Of a stretch of DNA of 64,000 nucleotides, positions 32,509-43,410 are shown piece after piece. Where the stretch lies: assembly GCA_042408215.1 (NCBI GenBank), contig JAYFMW010000005.1, positions 576,001 through 640,000 of the forward strand, written 5' to 3'. The DNA is from Microcoleus sp. (GTDB lineage: Bacteria; Cyanobacteriota; Cyanobacteriia; Cyanobacteriales; Microcoleaceae). The notes under the pieces are model-generated. The model made no database searches, had not been told where the DNA came from, and saw only the letters and a program-made list of their open reading frames with translations. Every line of letters begins with the position of its first letter. The first letter of the stretch is position 1. Made by a program: the position numbers and the translations under genes.

Positions 32509-33510
32509 TTAATTTTTCGCTCCCTTGACGCCAATTAGCTGAACTAACAATACTGCGATCGCATTCACCAACAGAGTGATGACAAATAGAATTAGGGCTA
32601 AATACATCAAAGCGCCGATGTGCAGCGGTTCGAGAGCTTCCCGAAATTGACTTGCCAAAACAGCGGGAATTGAGTAGCTGGGAGCTAGCAGGGATTGGTT
32701 GATTTGAATCGAGTTACCAATGACCATTGTGACTGCCATTGTTTCGCCTAAAGCGCGTCCCAAGGCTAAGATGGTAGCTCCGATAATACCAGAACTAGCT
32801 GCTGGTAATAACAACTTAAATATCGTTTCCCAACGGGTTGCTCCAAGGGACATGGAAGCACTACGCAAATCTACGGGAACTGACATCAAAACATCGCGGC
32901 TGATGGCGGCTACTGTGGGCAAAATCATAATCGATAATAGTACCCCAGCCGGCAGCATTCCCGGCCCTAAAGGTTCGCTGCTGAACAGGGGAAACCAACT
33001 GAAATGATCGAACAAAGACTGCTGTAATGGTAGCAGAAAGGGAATCAGAACAAAGATTCCCCAAAGGCCAACTATCACGCTGGGAATGGCCGAGATTAAT
33101 TCAACCATGAATCCCAAGGGCGATCGCACCCAAAGAGGCAAAAAGTTCTCGCTGGTAACTATAGCTACTGAAAGTCCTAGAGGAATTGCGATGATTATGG
33201 CGATCGCAGAACTAATCACAGTACCGTAAATAAACGGCAAAGCCCCAAACTGCAACTCACCGATATCCCACTTGGGATTCCACAAAAATGAAAGGCCAAA
33301 TTTGCTAATAGCAGGCCAAGCATCTTTAAAAATTATCGCGCTCATCCAGAACAGCGTGCCCGCTGTCGCTAAAGCAAAAGCCCATACAAATAGTGTAAAT
33401 CCTGACTCGATCCATAAACCTTCACCATTCGTATCAGTCAAGTCTACTTCTGTGCTTTTTGCTGTCTGTTGCTTAGTCAATTTTTCCGGTTTCTTGGCAA
33501 AATTGGTCAT
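32509..33510 (-). CDS. pstC: Phosphate ABC transporter permease
   Basis: IPSVIVGLWG, GRALGETMAV. Confidence 0.95.
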   Translation of the reverse strand: MTNFAKKPEKLTKQQTAKSTEVDLTDTNGEGLWIESGFTLFVWAFALATAGTLFWMSAIIFKDAWPAISKFGLSFLWNPKWDIGELQFGALPFIYGTVISSAIAIIIAIPLGLSVAIVTSENFLPLWVRSPLGFMVELISAIPSVIVGLWGIFVLIPFLLPLQQSLFDHFSWFPLFSSEPLGPGMLPAGVLLSIMILPTVAAISRDVLMSVPVDLRSASMSLGATRWETIFKLLLPAASSGIIGATILALGRALGETMAVTMVIGNSIQINQSLLAPSYSIPAVLASQFREALEPLHIGALMYLALILFVITLLVNAIAVLLVQLIGVKGAKN

Positions 33511-33599
33511 ACCCTAGTTACTGCGTAAACAGTTAAATATTGGCTTGAAAGACGAGTAATTCTAATGCGCTGGTAGGGTGCACTTTGTATCGAAGCCTC

Positions 33600-33785
33600 G
33601 ATCCCCCTCGCATCCCCCTTAAGAAGGGGAGTAGGGGTTGACTTTGAGAGTATCCTAAATCCCCGTAAATCCTTCTCGCATCCCCCTTTTTAAGGGGGAC
33701 GCAAGAATGATCTTCCCCCTTTTTAAGGGGGACGCAAGAATGCTCTTGTTCCCCCCTTCTTAAGGGGGGTTAGGGGGGATCGAGG
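33600..33785. repeat. REP-like GC-rich palindromic repeat cluster (CCCCCTT..AAGGGGG)
   Basis: The same family occurs at 38320-39055 and 50480-50563. Confidence 0.8.
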
Positions 33786-33860
33786 AGCTAAAGAGAAGCC
33801 AGAGGAATGTAAAATTTAGATGCGGCTCAGCTTAACTCATAACTCCTGCGATCGCCCAAA

Positions 33861-34889
33861 TTAACCTTTAGCAACCACAGTCTGATTAACTGTTTGAATC
33901 ACCTTCTGAGCTGTAGCGGTCGGAATTGTAGTAAACTCTAGCTGTTTGTTGATACCTTGGCCTGTAGTCATCACCCAATTAACCATCTTTTTAATAGCCT
34001 CCGCTTTCGCAGCAGGATACTCTTTGTAGACTAACAGCCAAGTCAAACCAACAATCGGATAACCGTCGTTAGGATTGCCTTCTACTAAGCGGAAATCTGC
34101 CGGGAATGTTTCCCCTGCTAAAGCTTTTTCGGCTTCTGCCAAGTTAGCATCTACAAACCGGCCAGCTTTATTTTGAATAAATGCTGTTTGGAGGCTGTTT
34201 TGCCTCGCATAAGTATCTTGAACGTAGCCGATCGCACCCGCTGTATTCTTCACCAAAGCAGCGACGCCGGGGTTTCCTTGACCACTGACAGGGCTTCCTA
34301 GCCAACTCGGCTGAGCGGCTGCTTTGATGCTGCTGCCGATCGCCTGCAAGTGATTAGCAAAAATAAAGGTTGTACCACTGCTATCTGCCCGTACAACTAC
34401 TCGAATCGGAGTATTTGGCAAATTTTTAGCTTGTCCAGAAATAGCTGTTATTTTAGCATCATTCCAGCGAGTAATTTTACCTTCAAAGATGCCTTTCATC
34501 GCATCGGAATTCAAGCGTACATTGTTGATCCCAGGCAAATTGTAAACAACTGCAACAGCACCACCAGCCGTGGGAATAGCGATTACACCCCGCTTGACTT
34601 CAGCGATTTGTGCCGCAGTCATCAGCGCGTCGCTACCTGCGAAGTCAACAGTGCCTGAAATTAATGCTTTGATACCAGCACCACTGCCGGTTCCTTCGTA
34701 GTTTACAGTAATTTGATTTGCACTTCTCATCTGAGAGAAGTAGCGATCGTAAAGCGGTTTGGGAAAAGTAGCTCCCGAACCGTTGAGTGTGACGGCTGCT
34801 ACAGCAGAACTAATCAACGAGAGCGAAAATGCTGCTGCTGCTAGCGTAACGATAAAGGCACGTCGCCAACGTGCTGTGAAAAAAAACAT
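33861..34889 (-). CDS. pstS: Phosphate-binding periplasmic protein
   Basis: GSGATFP, GSGAG, DFAGSD, RADSSGTT, YPIVGLTW; start at MFFFT behind a GGAGGAG RBS. Confidence 0.95.
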   Translation of the reverse strand: MFFFTARWRRAFIVTLAAAAFSLSLISSAVAAVTLNGSGATFPKPLYDRYFSQMRSANQITVNYEGTGSGAGIKALISGTVDFAGSDALMTAAQIAEVKRGVIAIPTAGGAVAVVYNLPGINNVRLNSDAMKGIFEGKITRWNDAKITAISGQAKNLPNTPIRVVVRADSSGTTFIFANHLQAIGSSIKAAAQPSWLGSPVSGQGNPGVAALVKNTAGAIGYVQDTYARQNSLQTAFIQNKAGRFVDANLAEAEKALAGETFPADFRLVEGNPNDGYPIVGLTWLLVYKEYPAAKAEAIKKMVNWVMTTGQGINKQLEFTTIPTATAQKVIQTVNQTVVAKG

Positions 34890-34965
34890 ACTCCTCCTCC
34901 TTAAATAGCAGACTTTGCAAATCTCCTCCATAGGATAGACCGAAATCCCCAAGGAAAGAGATATC

Positions 34966-35057
34966 AAAGAATAAGCTTGTTTTAAATTTTGGTTAACATT
35001 AGATTAAATAATAAAAGAATAAGCTTGTCTTAAATTTTGGTTAAAAATAGATTAAAT
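34966..35057 (-). promoter_or_regulatory. Duplicated Pho box (SphR/PhoB) array upstream of pstS
   Basis: Minus strand TTTAATCT-N3-TTTAACCA-N3-TTTAAGAC and TTTAATCT-N3-GTTAACCA-N3-TTTAAAAC resemble the cyanobacterial PyTTAAPyPy(T/A) 11-bp-period box. Confidence 0.8.
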
Positions 35058-35097
35058 TTTAATACCCAAGACTAGGAGACCTGATTTATTAAATAAG

Positions 35098-36552
35098 TCA
35101 GGGAGCTGACTGTGCGATCGCCACTTCATAATTCTTACCGTTTTTCTTAACTTTAAATGTTTTGCATGACTGCAAAAAATCGAGAAACTTGCTGCCCAAA
35201 TTCAGCGATTGCAGCTTTTTAGTAATGGGTTGACCGTATTGCTTGTGAAATTCGGTGGCTACCTGGTTGATCGCAATGTAATTGCCTGGAGATTTAGCAG
35301 TTAATGCCAGTACAATATTTGCTATAGATACTTCCAGGGTGGCTGAGGACTCTGTTTTTGAAGCCGCTGCTGCTTTTGGAGCGATCGCCACTTGATGTTC
35401 GTTACCAACGAGCAATTCCATTTTGAAAACAGACGGACGCGATTGAAAAAAATTAATTAGATGAGAATCAGGCAAAAACTTTTTCACAAGTAAATCGGCA
35501 TGACACTGATATTTAGTATAAAATTGTTTCTTGATGTTTGTTACAGGAATAGCATTTTGTCTTAACTCAACTATCGCTTTCGCAATCATTTTTATAAGTA
35601 TCTTTTCTAAAGCATCCAGCGAATTAATCCCAATTGAATTGACTGACTTGGTTTCGGGAACTTTTTGGTATTCAATATCTAGAGCGACGACATCTAGAGC
35701 GAGGACAAGAGGAGTTACACACTCTTTAGTCCCAGAATAAATTTTGTTTTGTGCTGACTCCCACAGTGCTGCTGCATGAGAAGGTGTAGAATTAAAATCA
35801 ACAGTATGGCGCTCTTTAAAAAGCTGAGCAACACTAGAAAAACGAGCTATCCGCTCATCAATAGATTTGTGTTCAGCCTTCAACAACTCGGCAATTTGAT
35901 TAGCCAACTCCTCAAAACTAGGAATTTCCATTTCCCGATCGCAGGAATAGTGATTAGTATCACCATTCAGAAGATTTTCTACAGACAACACAGCATTTTT
36001 TCGCCGCACCCGAAAGACAGTCAATCCCTGATTTTGCAATTGATTGCAAAGGTGATTTAACAAACCATCCGAAGAACAGACAAAAACTTGTTTGACATCC
36101 CGATATCGGTATAAAATAGCAGCGCCAAAGGCAATCATCTTACCATCAGCACTATTAGAACCGCCCGGAACATGAATCAGTTCGTAACCGCGATCGTAAA
36201 GTTCAGCATCCAACTTGCTCGTACTCGGGTTTTTCCAGTTAGCAAAAGCAATTTTAACTTGCAAAGGATAGTCGCACAAACTGGCTAAAAATTGTTCTGT
36301 ATTAACGTTAAGTTTCAGATTTTCAGCATCTAACAGCAAAATCCCAATCCCGCCGGAATCTGTAGCGCTTACAGGGGTGATTTCCTGCGGGATAGCTGCG
36401 CTTAATTCACTTTCGGTGAATTTACAACTGAAAGACTGCGAGTCAGGCGACTCAAAGAATTGTTTGCGGCAAGCCTTGCAAAGATACCGCTGGCGACCGT
36501 TGGGACGGCCGTTTTTACGAAGTTGGTCAGATTCACATCTTGGACATTTCAT
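35098..36552 (-). CDS. NYN-domain/OST-HTH protein with an N-terminal IS1-InsA-like zinc ribbon
   Basis: MKCPRC...KNG...QRYLCKAC; LLLDAENL, NSADGKM, SSDGLL; paralog of 27464-28876. Confidence 0.8.
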   Translation of the reverse strand: MKCPRCESDQLRKNGRPNGRQRYLCKACRKQFFESPDSQSFSCKFTESELSAAIPQEITPVSATDSGGIGILLLDAENLKLNVNTEQFLASLCDYPLQVKIAFANWKNPSTSKLDAELYDRGYELIHVPGGSNSADGKMIAFGAAILYRYRDVKQVFVCSSDGLLNHLCNQLQNQGLTVFRVRRKNAVLSVENLLNGDTNHYSCDREMEIPSFEELANQIAELLKAEHKSIDERIARFSSVAQLFKERHTVDFNSTPSHAAALWESAQNKIYSGTKECVTPLVLALDVVALDIEYQKVPETKSVNSIGINSLDALEKILIKMIAKAIVELRQNAIPVTNIKKQFYTKYQCHADLLVKKFLPDSHLINFFQSRPSVFKMELLVGNEHQVAIAPKAAAASKTESSATLEVSIANIVLALTAKSPGNYIAINQVATEFHKQYGQPITKKLQSLNLGSKFLDFLQSCKTFKVKKNGKNYEVAIAQSAP

Positions 36553-36740
36553 GTAACTATTATTGCAGCTTGCTCCCTCAGCGGTAAAAAATCACCTATC
36601 TTCTTTTTTCTCTTCCTTCGCGCCCTACCCTACGGGAACGGCTTCGCCGAACGCGTCTTCGCGGTTCGTTAAACACATATCCCTTGAGCAGTTCAGAAGC
36701 CCCATAATAGTAAAAGCAACTTAACATTTATTTAAACACA

Positions 36741-38249
36741 ATGGCTAGAGACTTGCGGGGATTCCTAAAACTGCTCGAAGAACGGGGACAACTGCGCCGG
36801 ATTAGCGCCTTAGTCGATTCCGACCTAGAAATTGCCGAAATTTCCAACCAAATGCTGCAAAAAGGCGGCCCAGGCTTACTGTTTGAAAACGTCAAAGGGG
36901 CAGAATTCCCCGTAGCGATTAACCTGTTGGGCACGGAACAGCGCGTTTGCTGGGCGATGAACATGGAAAAGCCGATCGAATTAGAAGAACTCGGCAAAAA
37001 ATTAGGAATGCTACAACAGCCAAAACCCCCAAAAAAGATTTCCCAAGCCATAGAATTTGGCAAAGTGCTGTTTGACGTCGTGAAAGCCAAACCAGGCCGC
37101 GACTTTTTCCCAGCTTGTCAGCAAGTGGTAATTGAGGGAGAAGGACTGGATTTGAACAAAATCCCGATGATTCGCCCCTATCCGGGAGATGCGGGCAAAA
37201 TTATCACCCTCGGTTTAGTAATTACCAAAGATTGCGAAACCGGCACGCCAAATGTGGGGGTTTATCGGTTACAGTTGCAGTCAAAAAATACAATGACTGT
37301 ACACTGGTTATCGGTGCGGGGTGGCGCGCGACACTTGCGGAAAGCGGCGCAGGCTGGTAAAAAGTTGGAAGTTGCGATCGCCCTGGGAGTCGATCCTTTA
37401 ATCATTCTCGCCGCAGCAACCCCCATTCCTGTAGACTTATCCGAATGGTTATTCGCCGGACTTTATGGCGGTTCCGGCGTGAGTTTAGCGAAGTGCAAAA
37501 CAGTAGATTTGGAAGTACCGGCAGACTCAGAAATCGTGTTAGAAGGAACGATTACACCGGGGGAAGTTTTGCCAGACGGGCCCTTTGGAGATCACATGGG
37601 TTATTACGGCGGTGTCGAAGATTCGCCCTTGGTGCGTTTCAATTGCATGACACACCGCAAAGACCCGATTTATCTGACTACCTTTAGCGGGCGGCCGCCG
37701 AAAGAAGAAGCAATGATGGCGATCGCGCTTAACCGCATTTATACTCCTATTTTGCGGCAGCAAGTATCGGAAATTGTCGATTTTTTCCTACCGATGGAAG
37801 CCCTGAGTTACAAAGCAGCAATTATCTCCATTGATAAAGCATATCCCGGTCAAGCGCGGAGGGCTGCTTTAGCATTTTGGAGCGCATTACCACAGTTTAC
37901 TTACACTAAGTTTGTGATTGTTGTCGATAAAAGTATCAACATTCGCGACCCGCGTCAAGTAGTGTGGGCAATTAGTTCTAAAGTTGACCCTGTTCGGGAT
38001 GTATTTATTTTGCCGAATACGCCTTTTGATACGTTAGATTTTGCTAGTGAAAAGATTGGTTTGGGAGGCAGAATGGGGATTGATGCTACTACGAAGATGC
38101 CGCCGGAAACCGATCACGAATGGGGTGAAGTTTTGGAGTCAGATCCTGATATGGCGGCGATGGTTCAGCGGCGTTGGGCTGAGTATGGTTTGGCTGATTT
38201 GAATTTGGGAGAAGTCGATCCGAATTTGTTTGGATATGAGATGAGATAA
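36741..38249 (+). CDS. ubiD: UbiD-family (4-hydroxy-3-prenylbenzoate) decarboxylase
   Basis: NVGVYRLQ, DGPFGDHMGYY, GRPPKEE, MGIDAT. Confidence 0.93.
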   Translation: MARDLRGFLKLLEERGQLRRISALVDSDLEIAEISNQMLQKGGPGLLFENVKGAEFPVAINLLGTEQRVCWAMNMEKPIELEELGKKLGMLQQPKPPKKISQAIEFGKVLFDVVKAKPGRDFFPACQQVVIEGEGLDLNKIPMIRPYPGDAGKIITLGLVITKDCETGTPNVGVYRLQLQSKNTMTVHWLSVRGGARHLRKAAQAGKKLEVAIALGVDPLIILAAATPIPVDLSEWLFAGLYGGSGVSLAKCKTVDLEVPADSEIVLEGTITPGEVLPDGPFGDHMGYYGGVEDSPLVRFNCMTHRKDPIYLTTFSGRPPKEEAMMAIALNRIYTPILRQQVSEIVDFFLPMEALSYKAAIISIDKAYPGQARRAALAFWSALPQFTYTKFVIVVDKSINIRDPRQVVWAISSKVDPVRDVFILPNTPFDTLDFASEKIGLGGRMGIDATTKMPPETDHEWGEVLESDPDMAAMVQRRWAEYGLADLNLGEVDPNLFGYEMR

Positions 38250-38319
38250 GGGAAACGGCAGTGTCCATTAGTGTCAATTTAAGATTGAACCTTGAGTATC
38301 TCTTGTTTGTATCAAAGTC

Positions 38320-39233
38320 TAGATCCCCCCTAACCCCCCTTAATAAGGGGGGGACAAGAAATATCCTCAAAGTCACCCCCTACTCCCCTTCTTAAGGGGG
38401 ATTTAGGGGGATCTAGACTCAGGTAAAAACGAGATTTATCAAGGCTTTCAGGCTGGTTGTTGACACTAATGGGCAATGCCCTGTCCCTACAATTAATCGG
38501 GCGATCGTTACATCTCTCATAGAGGAAGATTGATTATTTTGGGCTAGGGAAACGGCATTTCCTTGTCCGACATTGCCGTGTTTTCGATACCAATAACCCA
38601 GTCACAGACTTCGGTTTGACTATTAAACTTAGATCCCCCCTAGCCCCCCTTAACAAGGGGGGGACAAGAGTCCGATCTTTCGTCACCCCCTACTCACACC
38701 CTACTCCCTTCTTAAGGGGGATTTAGGGGGATCTAGACTCAGGTAAAAACGAGATTTCTCAAGGCTTTCAGGCTGGTTGTTGACACTAATAGGCAATGCC
38801 CTGTCCCTACAATTAATCGGGCGATGGTTACATCTCTCATAGAGGAAGATTGATTATTTTGGGCTAGGGAAACGGCATTTCCTTGTCCGACATTGCCGTG
38901 TTTTCGATACCAATAACCCAGTCACAGACTTCGGTTTGACTATTAAACTTAGATCCCCCCTAGCCCCCCTTAACAAGGGGGGGACAAGAGTCCGATCTTT
39001 CGTCACCCCCTACTCACACCCTACTCCCTTCTTAAGGGGGATTTAGGGGGATCTAGACTCAGGTAAAAACGAGATTTATCAAGGCTTTCAGGCTGGTTGT
39101 TGACACTAATAGGCAATGCCCTGTCCCTACAATTAATCGGGCGATGGTTACATCTCTCATAGAGGAAGATTGATTATTTTGGGCTAGGGAAACGGCATTT
39201 CCTTGTCCGACATTGCCGTGTTTTCGATACCAA
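38320..39233. repeat. About 2.8 copies of a near-identical 320-bp tandem unit built from REP-like palindromes
   Basis: atctagactc recurs at 38411, 38731 and 39051. Confidence 0.92.
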
Positions 39234-39699
39234 AGAAACCGGGTTTTTTGCCGTTTATTCTGGCTGTAGCGCGTCTTCTCGCAAAAAACCCGGTTTCTGA
39301 CCACCCCTGCGTCCAGGCTAATTCTGTCATTCTGAGAGAAGCGAAGAATCTCGCTAGATGCTTCGTTGCACTGCGTTTCACTTAGCATGACATATAATTT
39401 TTGCGTAAGTCCTGATAACTTAGAGTCATGTTTTTTGCCTGGAGTCAAGTTTATTATGTCTCTTGCTAAAGATTTAGACTACGCTGAAAACAGCGTTCCA
39501 ATTATAACACAATTGTCCCTGGAAATTTCACCGTTGAAAAGTGCGATGGAAAAACAGGCTTTCCGGCCTGTTCCACAAACATTAAATTCTCTTGTGGGGT
39601 GGGCCGGAGTTCCCGCCCAGAAAACAGGTATCTTGCCTGTTTCACAAACATTAAAATGTTGCTAAACTGTAAATAGACTTGAGTCAAGGAGTCACATCA

Positions 39700-40488
39700 A
39701 TGCCATCTCCCTTTCCTGGTATGGACCCGTATTTAGAGCATCCCGAACTCTGGCCCGCCCTACACCACTTGTTAATTAGTGAAATTTTGAGATTTTTGTC
39801 TCCCCAACTGCGTCCTAAATATTTAGTCTCGTTGGAAGTGAGAATCTATGAAACCCTGGACGATAATTTATCAATTGGCATTCCTGATGTAAACGTGATT
39901 CACCCCAAAAATACTACCGAATTAATCACATCAAACGTAGCCGTTGCAGCGCCACCGACACAACCCTTAACAGTAACTATTCCCATGCCCTACCAGGTTC
40001 GGGAAGGCTATTTAGAAATTAGGGAAAGGGGAACCAAAGAATTAATCACAGTTCTTGAAATCCTCTCGCCTACGAATAAGCGGACAGGCAAAGGGCGGCA
40101 AATGTACGAAGAAAAGCGAGAAGAAATTTTAGGTAGCCGCACTCATTTAATTGAAATAGATCTATTGCGGCGCGGTCGAAAAATGCCAATTATTGGCAAT
40201 GATGTTGAAAGCCACTATAGCGTTTTGGTGTGTCGGGGAAATCGCCGTCCCAGAGCTGATTTGTACGCTTTTAATGTGCAGAACCCGATGCCTGCCTTTC
40301 CTCTGCCACTGCGATCCGGCGATACTGAACCTGTCATAAACTTGCAGGAATTATTTACTCAAATTTACGACATAGCAAGTTATGACCTGAAGATAGATTA
40401 TCGCAACTGGGAAGTCATACCAGCACTGTCAGAGGCTGATACAATTTGGGCAGATGCTTTGTTGCGCGATCGAGGATTGCGACCTTGA
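39700..40488 (+). CDS. DUF4058 family protein
   Basis: MPSPFPGMDPYLE, EILSPTNK, HLIEIDLLR. Confidence 0.9.
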   Translation: MPSPFPGMDPYLEHPELWPALHHLLISEILRFLSPQLRPKYLVSLEVRIYETLDDNLSIGIPDVNVIHPKNTTELITSNVAVAAPPTQPLTVTIPMPYQVREGYLEIRERGTKELITVLEILSPTNKRTGKGRQMYEEKREEILGSRTHLIEIDLLRRGRKMPIIGNDVESHYSVLVCRGNRRPRADLYAFNVQNPMPAFPLPLRSGDTEPVINLQELFTQIYDIASYDLKIDYRNWEVIPALSEADTIWADALLRDRGLRP

Positions 40489-40681
40489 TTTTGATACCAA
40501 ATCCGTTGGCATCGGAATTAATATTACCCACAGTCAGGGACAAGACAGTCGTTTCCCTACAATTAATCAGGGTAGGGAAACGGCATTACCCTGTCCGACT
40601 CGCGAGCGCTCATGATTATTTTGGGGTAGGGAAACGGCATTGCCGTGTCCGACCTTACTTGATTCTAAAATTGCTTGACTG

Positions 40682-41380
40682 CTAAACATCGGGATTTTGC
40701 ATCAACCGCTGCTTCAAACGCGCCGGCTCTCCCCGATCGACCACTTGGCCCTTCTCCAACAAAAAAGCCCCATCACAATAATTCAACTCATCCAAACGGT
40801 GAGTCACCCACAAAGCGGTAATTCCCCGATTTTTCACCAACCGCTGCACCGCCGCCACCAAATCCAACTGAGAATCAGGATCTAACAAAGCCGTCGGTTC
40901 ATCCAACAGCAAAACCTCGCAGTGACGGGCGATCGCCCCAGCAAGGGCAATACGCTGCTTCTGGCCTCCACTCAAAGCATAAATCGGCCGCCGCTGCAAA
41001 TCCAACAAATTCACAGCCTCCAAAGCCTCCGCCACCCTCTCCCGCACCTGAACGTTAGAAAGCTTTTCCTCCACCAAACCAAAAGCCACATCCGCACCCA
41101 CCGTCGGCATCACCAGTTGGTGATCGGGGTTTTGGAACACAAAACCCACCCGTCCACTCAGAGCAATTTCCCCCGACTGGGGGTGCAGCAGCCCAGCCAT
41201 CAGCCTCAGCAGCGTAGACTTGCCACTGCCGTTAGTACCCAAAAGCATCCAAAACTCGCCCTTGGGTACATCCAGAGAGCAACCTTGCAACACTCGATCG
41301 CCCGACGGCCAGCTAAAACACAAATCCCGCACAGCAACGGCTGACTGGTTCATATCGGCATCAACACCCCCAGCCCTCAT
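40682..41380 (-). CDS. ECF/CbiO-type ABC ATPase
   Basis: GTNGSGKS, FQNPDHQL, LSGGQKQR, LDEPT. Confidence 0.9.
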   Translation of the reverse strand: MRAGGVDADMNQSAVAVRDLCFSWPSGDRVLQGCSLDVPKGEFWMLLGTNGSGKSTLLRLMAGLLHPQSGEIALSGRVGFVFQNPDHQLVMPTVGADVAFGLVEEKLSNVQVRERVAEALEAVNLLDLQRRPIYALSGGQKQRIALAGAIARHCEVLLLDEPTALLDPDSQLDLVAAVQRLVKNRGITALWVTHRLDELNYCDGAFLLEKGQVVDRGEPARLKQRLMQNPDV

Positions 41381-41649
41381 TCTGCCGCCGACATCGAGAC
41401 AAAACCCGGGGATCTGCCTGTAGACGACGCCCCCGATTTCTGAGAAACCACCACCCCAGAAATCTCGCTGCTGAGCACAGCCACCTTTTTCTCAGGATTT
41501 TTCTCGCAGGTGAGTTCCAAAATTTGCGGTTGGGAGTTGCGAATCGCCTCCAGAACCTGCTGGTAAACAGTCTCAGCGTCCGCCTCCAACTTCCGCTGCA
41601 CCGACAGCGAGACGGGCGTGTTCTTCACAATGATGTCAATGCTGAACAT
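41377..41649 (-). CDS. Conserved cyanobacterial hypothetical protein
   Basis: Clean 90-aa ORF with a 4-nt overlap to the ATPase. Confidence 0.75.
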   Translation of the reverse strand: MFSIDIIVKNTPVSLSVQRKLEADAETVYQQVLEAIRNSQPQILELTCEKNPEKKVAVLSSEISGVVVSQKSGASSTGRSPGFVSMSAAE

Positions 41650-41951
41650 ATAGTCTTAAAAACCTAAATCTGGAACTCTATCCTCAGTATATATAGTAGA
41701 AGTTCCGAAATGTAGAGGATAGACTTTGGGGACGTCCGGGACTTCCGGGACTTAGGGAACCAGTGAAGAGCCGGAAAATCTTTAAGAAATACTTGCTATT
41801 GTAAAGAATTACCCCTATAATCGTGAATACGGTAAAGAAACGTAAACTCTATTCATAATCCATCTCATTTTCTGCTCAGCAAAAAATGAGAGCCAAAATT
41901 ATAGAATAGAAACTTGTCCGTTGTAATTATATCCATTTGGAGATTTGGGTA

Positions 41952-43010
41952 ATGACAATCGCAGTCGGACGCGCCCAGAACGAAAGAGGCATCTTTGATG
42001 TCCTCGATGACTGGCTCAAACGCGATCGCTTCGTCTTCGTAGGCTGGTCTGGCCTCCTCCTATTCCCCTGCGCCTACATGGCCATCGGTGGCTGGCTGAC
42101 CGGCACCACCTTCGTCACATCCTGGTACACCCACGGTTTGGCAAGCTCCTACCTCGAAGGAGCCAACTTCCTCACCGTCGCAGTCTCCACCCCAGCCAAC
42201 AGCCTCGGACACTCCCTGCTGTTCCTGTGGGGCCCCGAAGCACAGTGGGACTTCACCCGCTGGTTCCAACTCGGTGGCCTGTGGGCATTTGTCGCCCTCC
42301 ACGGCGCTTTCTCTCTGATCGGCTTTTGCTTGCGTCAGATTGAAATCTCCCGTTTAGTCGGCATCCGTCCTTACAACGCCTTGGCATTCACCGGCCCGAT
42401 CGCCGTGTTCGTTTCCGTGTTCCTGCTTTACCCCTTGGGTCAATCAGGCTGGTTCTTCGCCCCCAGCTTCGGCGTCGCAGCAATTTTCCGCTTCCTACTA
42501 TTCCTGCAAGGCTTCCACAACTGGACGCTCAACCCCTTCCACATGATGGGCGTTGCAGGCATCTTGGGCGGTGCACTACTGTGCGCCATTCACGGTGCTA
42601 CCGTAGAAAACACCCTGTTTGAAGACGGCGAAGGTGCTAACACCTTCCCCGCCTTCAACCCAACCCAGTCTGAAGAAACCTACTCGATGGTTACAGCCAA
42701 CCGCTTTTGGTCGCAAATCTTCGGAATTGCTTTCTCCAACAAGCGTTGGTTGCACTTCTTCATGCTCTTCGTGCCCGTCACAGGCTTGTGGATGAGCTCT
42801 TTGGGCATCGTCGGTTTAGCACTAAACCTGCGGGCCTATGACTTTGTATCCCAAGAATTGCGTGCAGCAGAAGATCCTGAGTTTGAAACGTTCTACACTA
42901 AGAATATTCTGTTGAACGAAGGTATTCGCGCTTGGATGGCTCCAACTGACCAACCACACGAAAACTTTATCTTCCCAGAAGAAGTTCTGCCTCGCGGTAA
43001 TGCTCTGTAA
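41952..43010 (+). CDS. psbD: Photosystem II D2 protein (stand-alone psbD2-type copy)
   Basis: MTIAVGR...[16 protein letters not shown]...[10 protein letters not shown]; followed by a terminator rather than psbC. Confidence 0.98.
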   Translation: MTIAVGRAQNERGIFDVLDDWLKRDRFVFVGWSGLLLFPCAYMAIGGWLTGTTFVTSWYTHGLASSYLEGANFLTVAVSTPANSLGHSLLFLWGPEAQWDFTRWFQLGGLWAFVALHGAFSLIGFCLRQIEISRLVGIRPYNALAFTGPIAVFVSVFLLYPLGQSGWFFAPSFGVAAIFRFLLFLQGFHNWTLNPFHMMGVAGILGGALLCAIHGATVENTLFEDGEGANTFPAFNPTQSEETYSMVTANRFWSQIFGIAFSNKRWLHFFMLFVPVTGLWMSSLGIVGLALNLRAYDFVSQELRAAEDPEFETFYTKNILLNEGIRAWMAPTDQPHENFIFPEEVLPRGNAL

Positions 43011-43052
43011 GCATCGCGAAGGCTAGAAAATTCAGATCTTTGAGAAAGCACA

Positions 43053-43083
43053 AAAGGCTCCTGTCTGTTGACAGGAGCTTTTT
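43053..43083 (+). terminator. Rho-independent terminator of psbD
   Basis: ggctcctgtc-tgtt-gacaggagct followed by a T-tract. Confidence 0.85.
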
Positions 43084-43410
43084 GTGCGATCGGATTAGAT
43101 TCCTGGGTGGTTTTTTTGAAGTGGACTTAAAATATAGCAACCTTTTCGACTTTTAGAAGATTCTGAATAGCTGAAAACATGACGGTGATTGCATTTCCCT
43201 TCTTGCTTCTTGCTTCTGCTTAATACTACAAAATTTTCAATCAGCATTCGTCCATTTCTGATTAGTTGTGTTATTCTAGTAATTGTGCATACCGGAATGA
43301 CACCCAGAACGCAGGTTCTTCTGGTAATGCTACCAATTGGTAGCACACAAATCTTCATACTAAATCTTGGATTTAGATGAAGTGCGTTCAAATATAAACC
43401 ATTTAGTAAA

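Noticed and set aside
36440..36552. IS1 transposase
   Set aside because: Only the zinc ribbon is present, fused in frame to a NYN domain; no InsB domain or terminal repeats were seen.
38320..39233. CRISPR array
   Set aside because: The whole 320-bp unit repeats, with no unique spacers and no cas genes.
39059..39687. Short ORFs over the repeat region
   Set aside because: They are translations of REP/MITE-like repeats.
43010..43100. Missing psbC as a lesion
   Set aside because: A monocistronic second psbD copy is normal in cyanobacteria.
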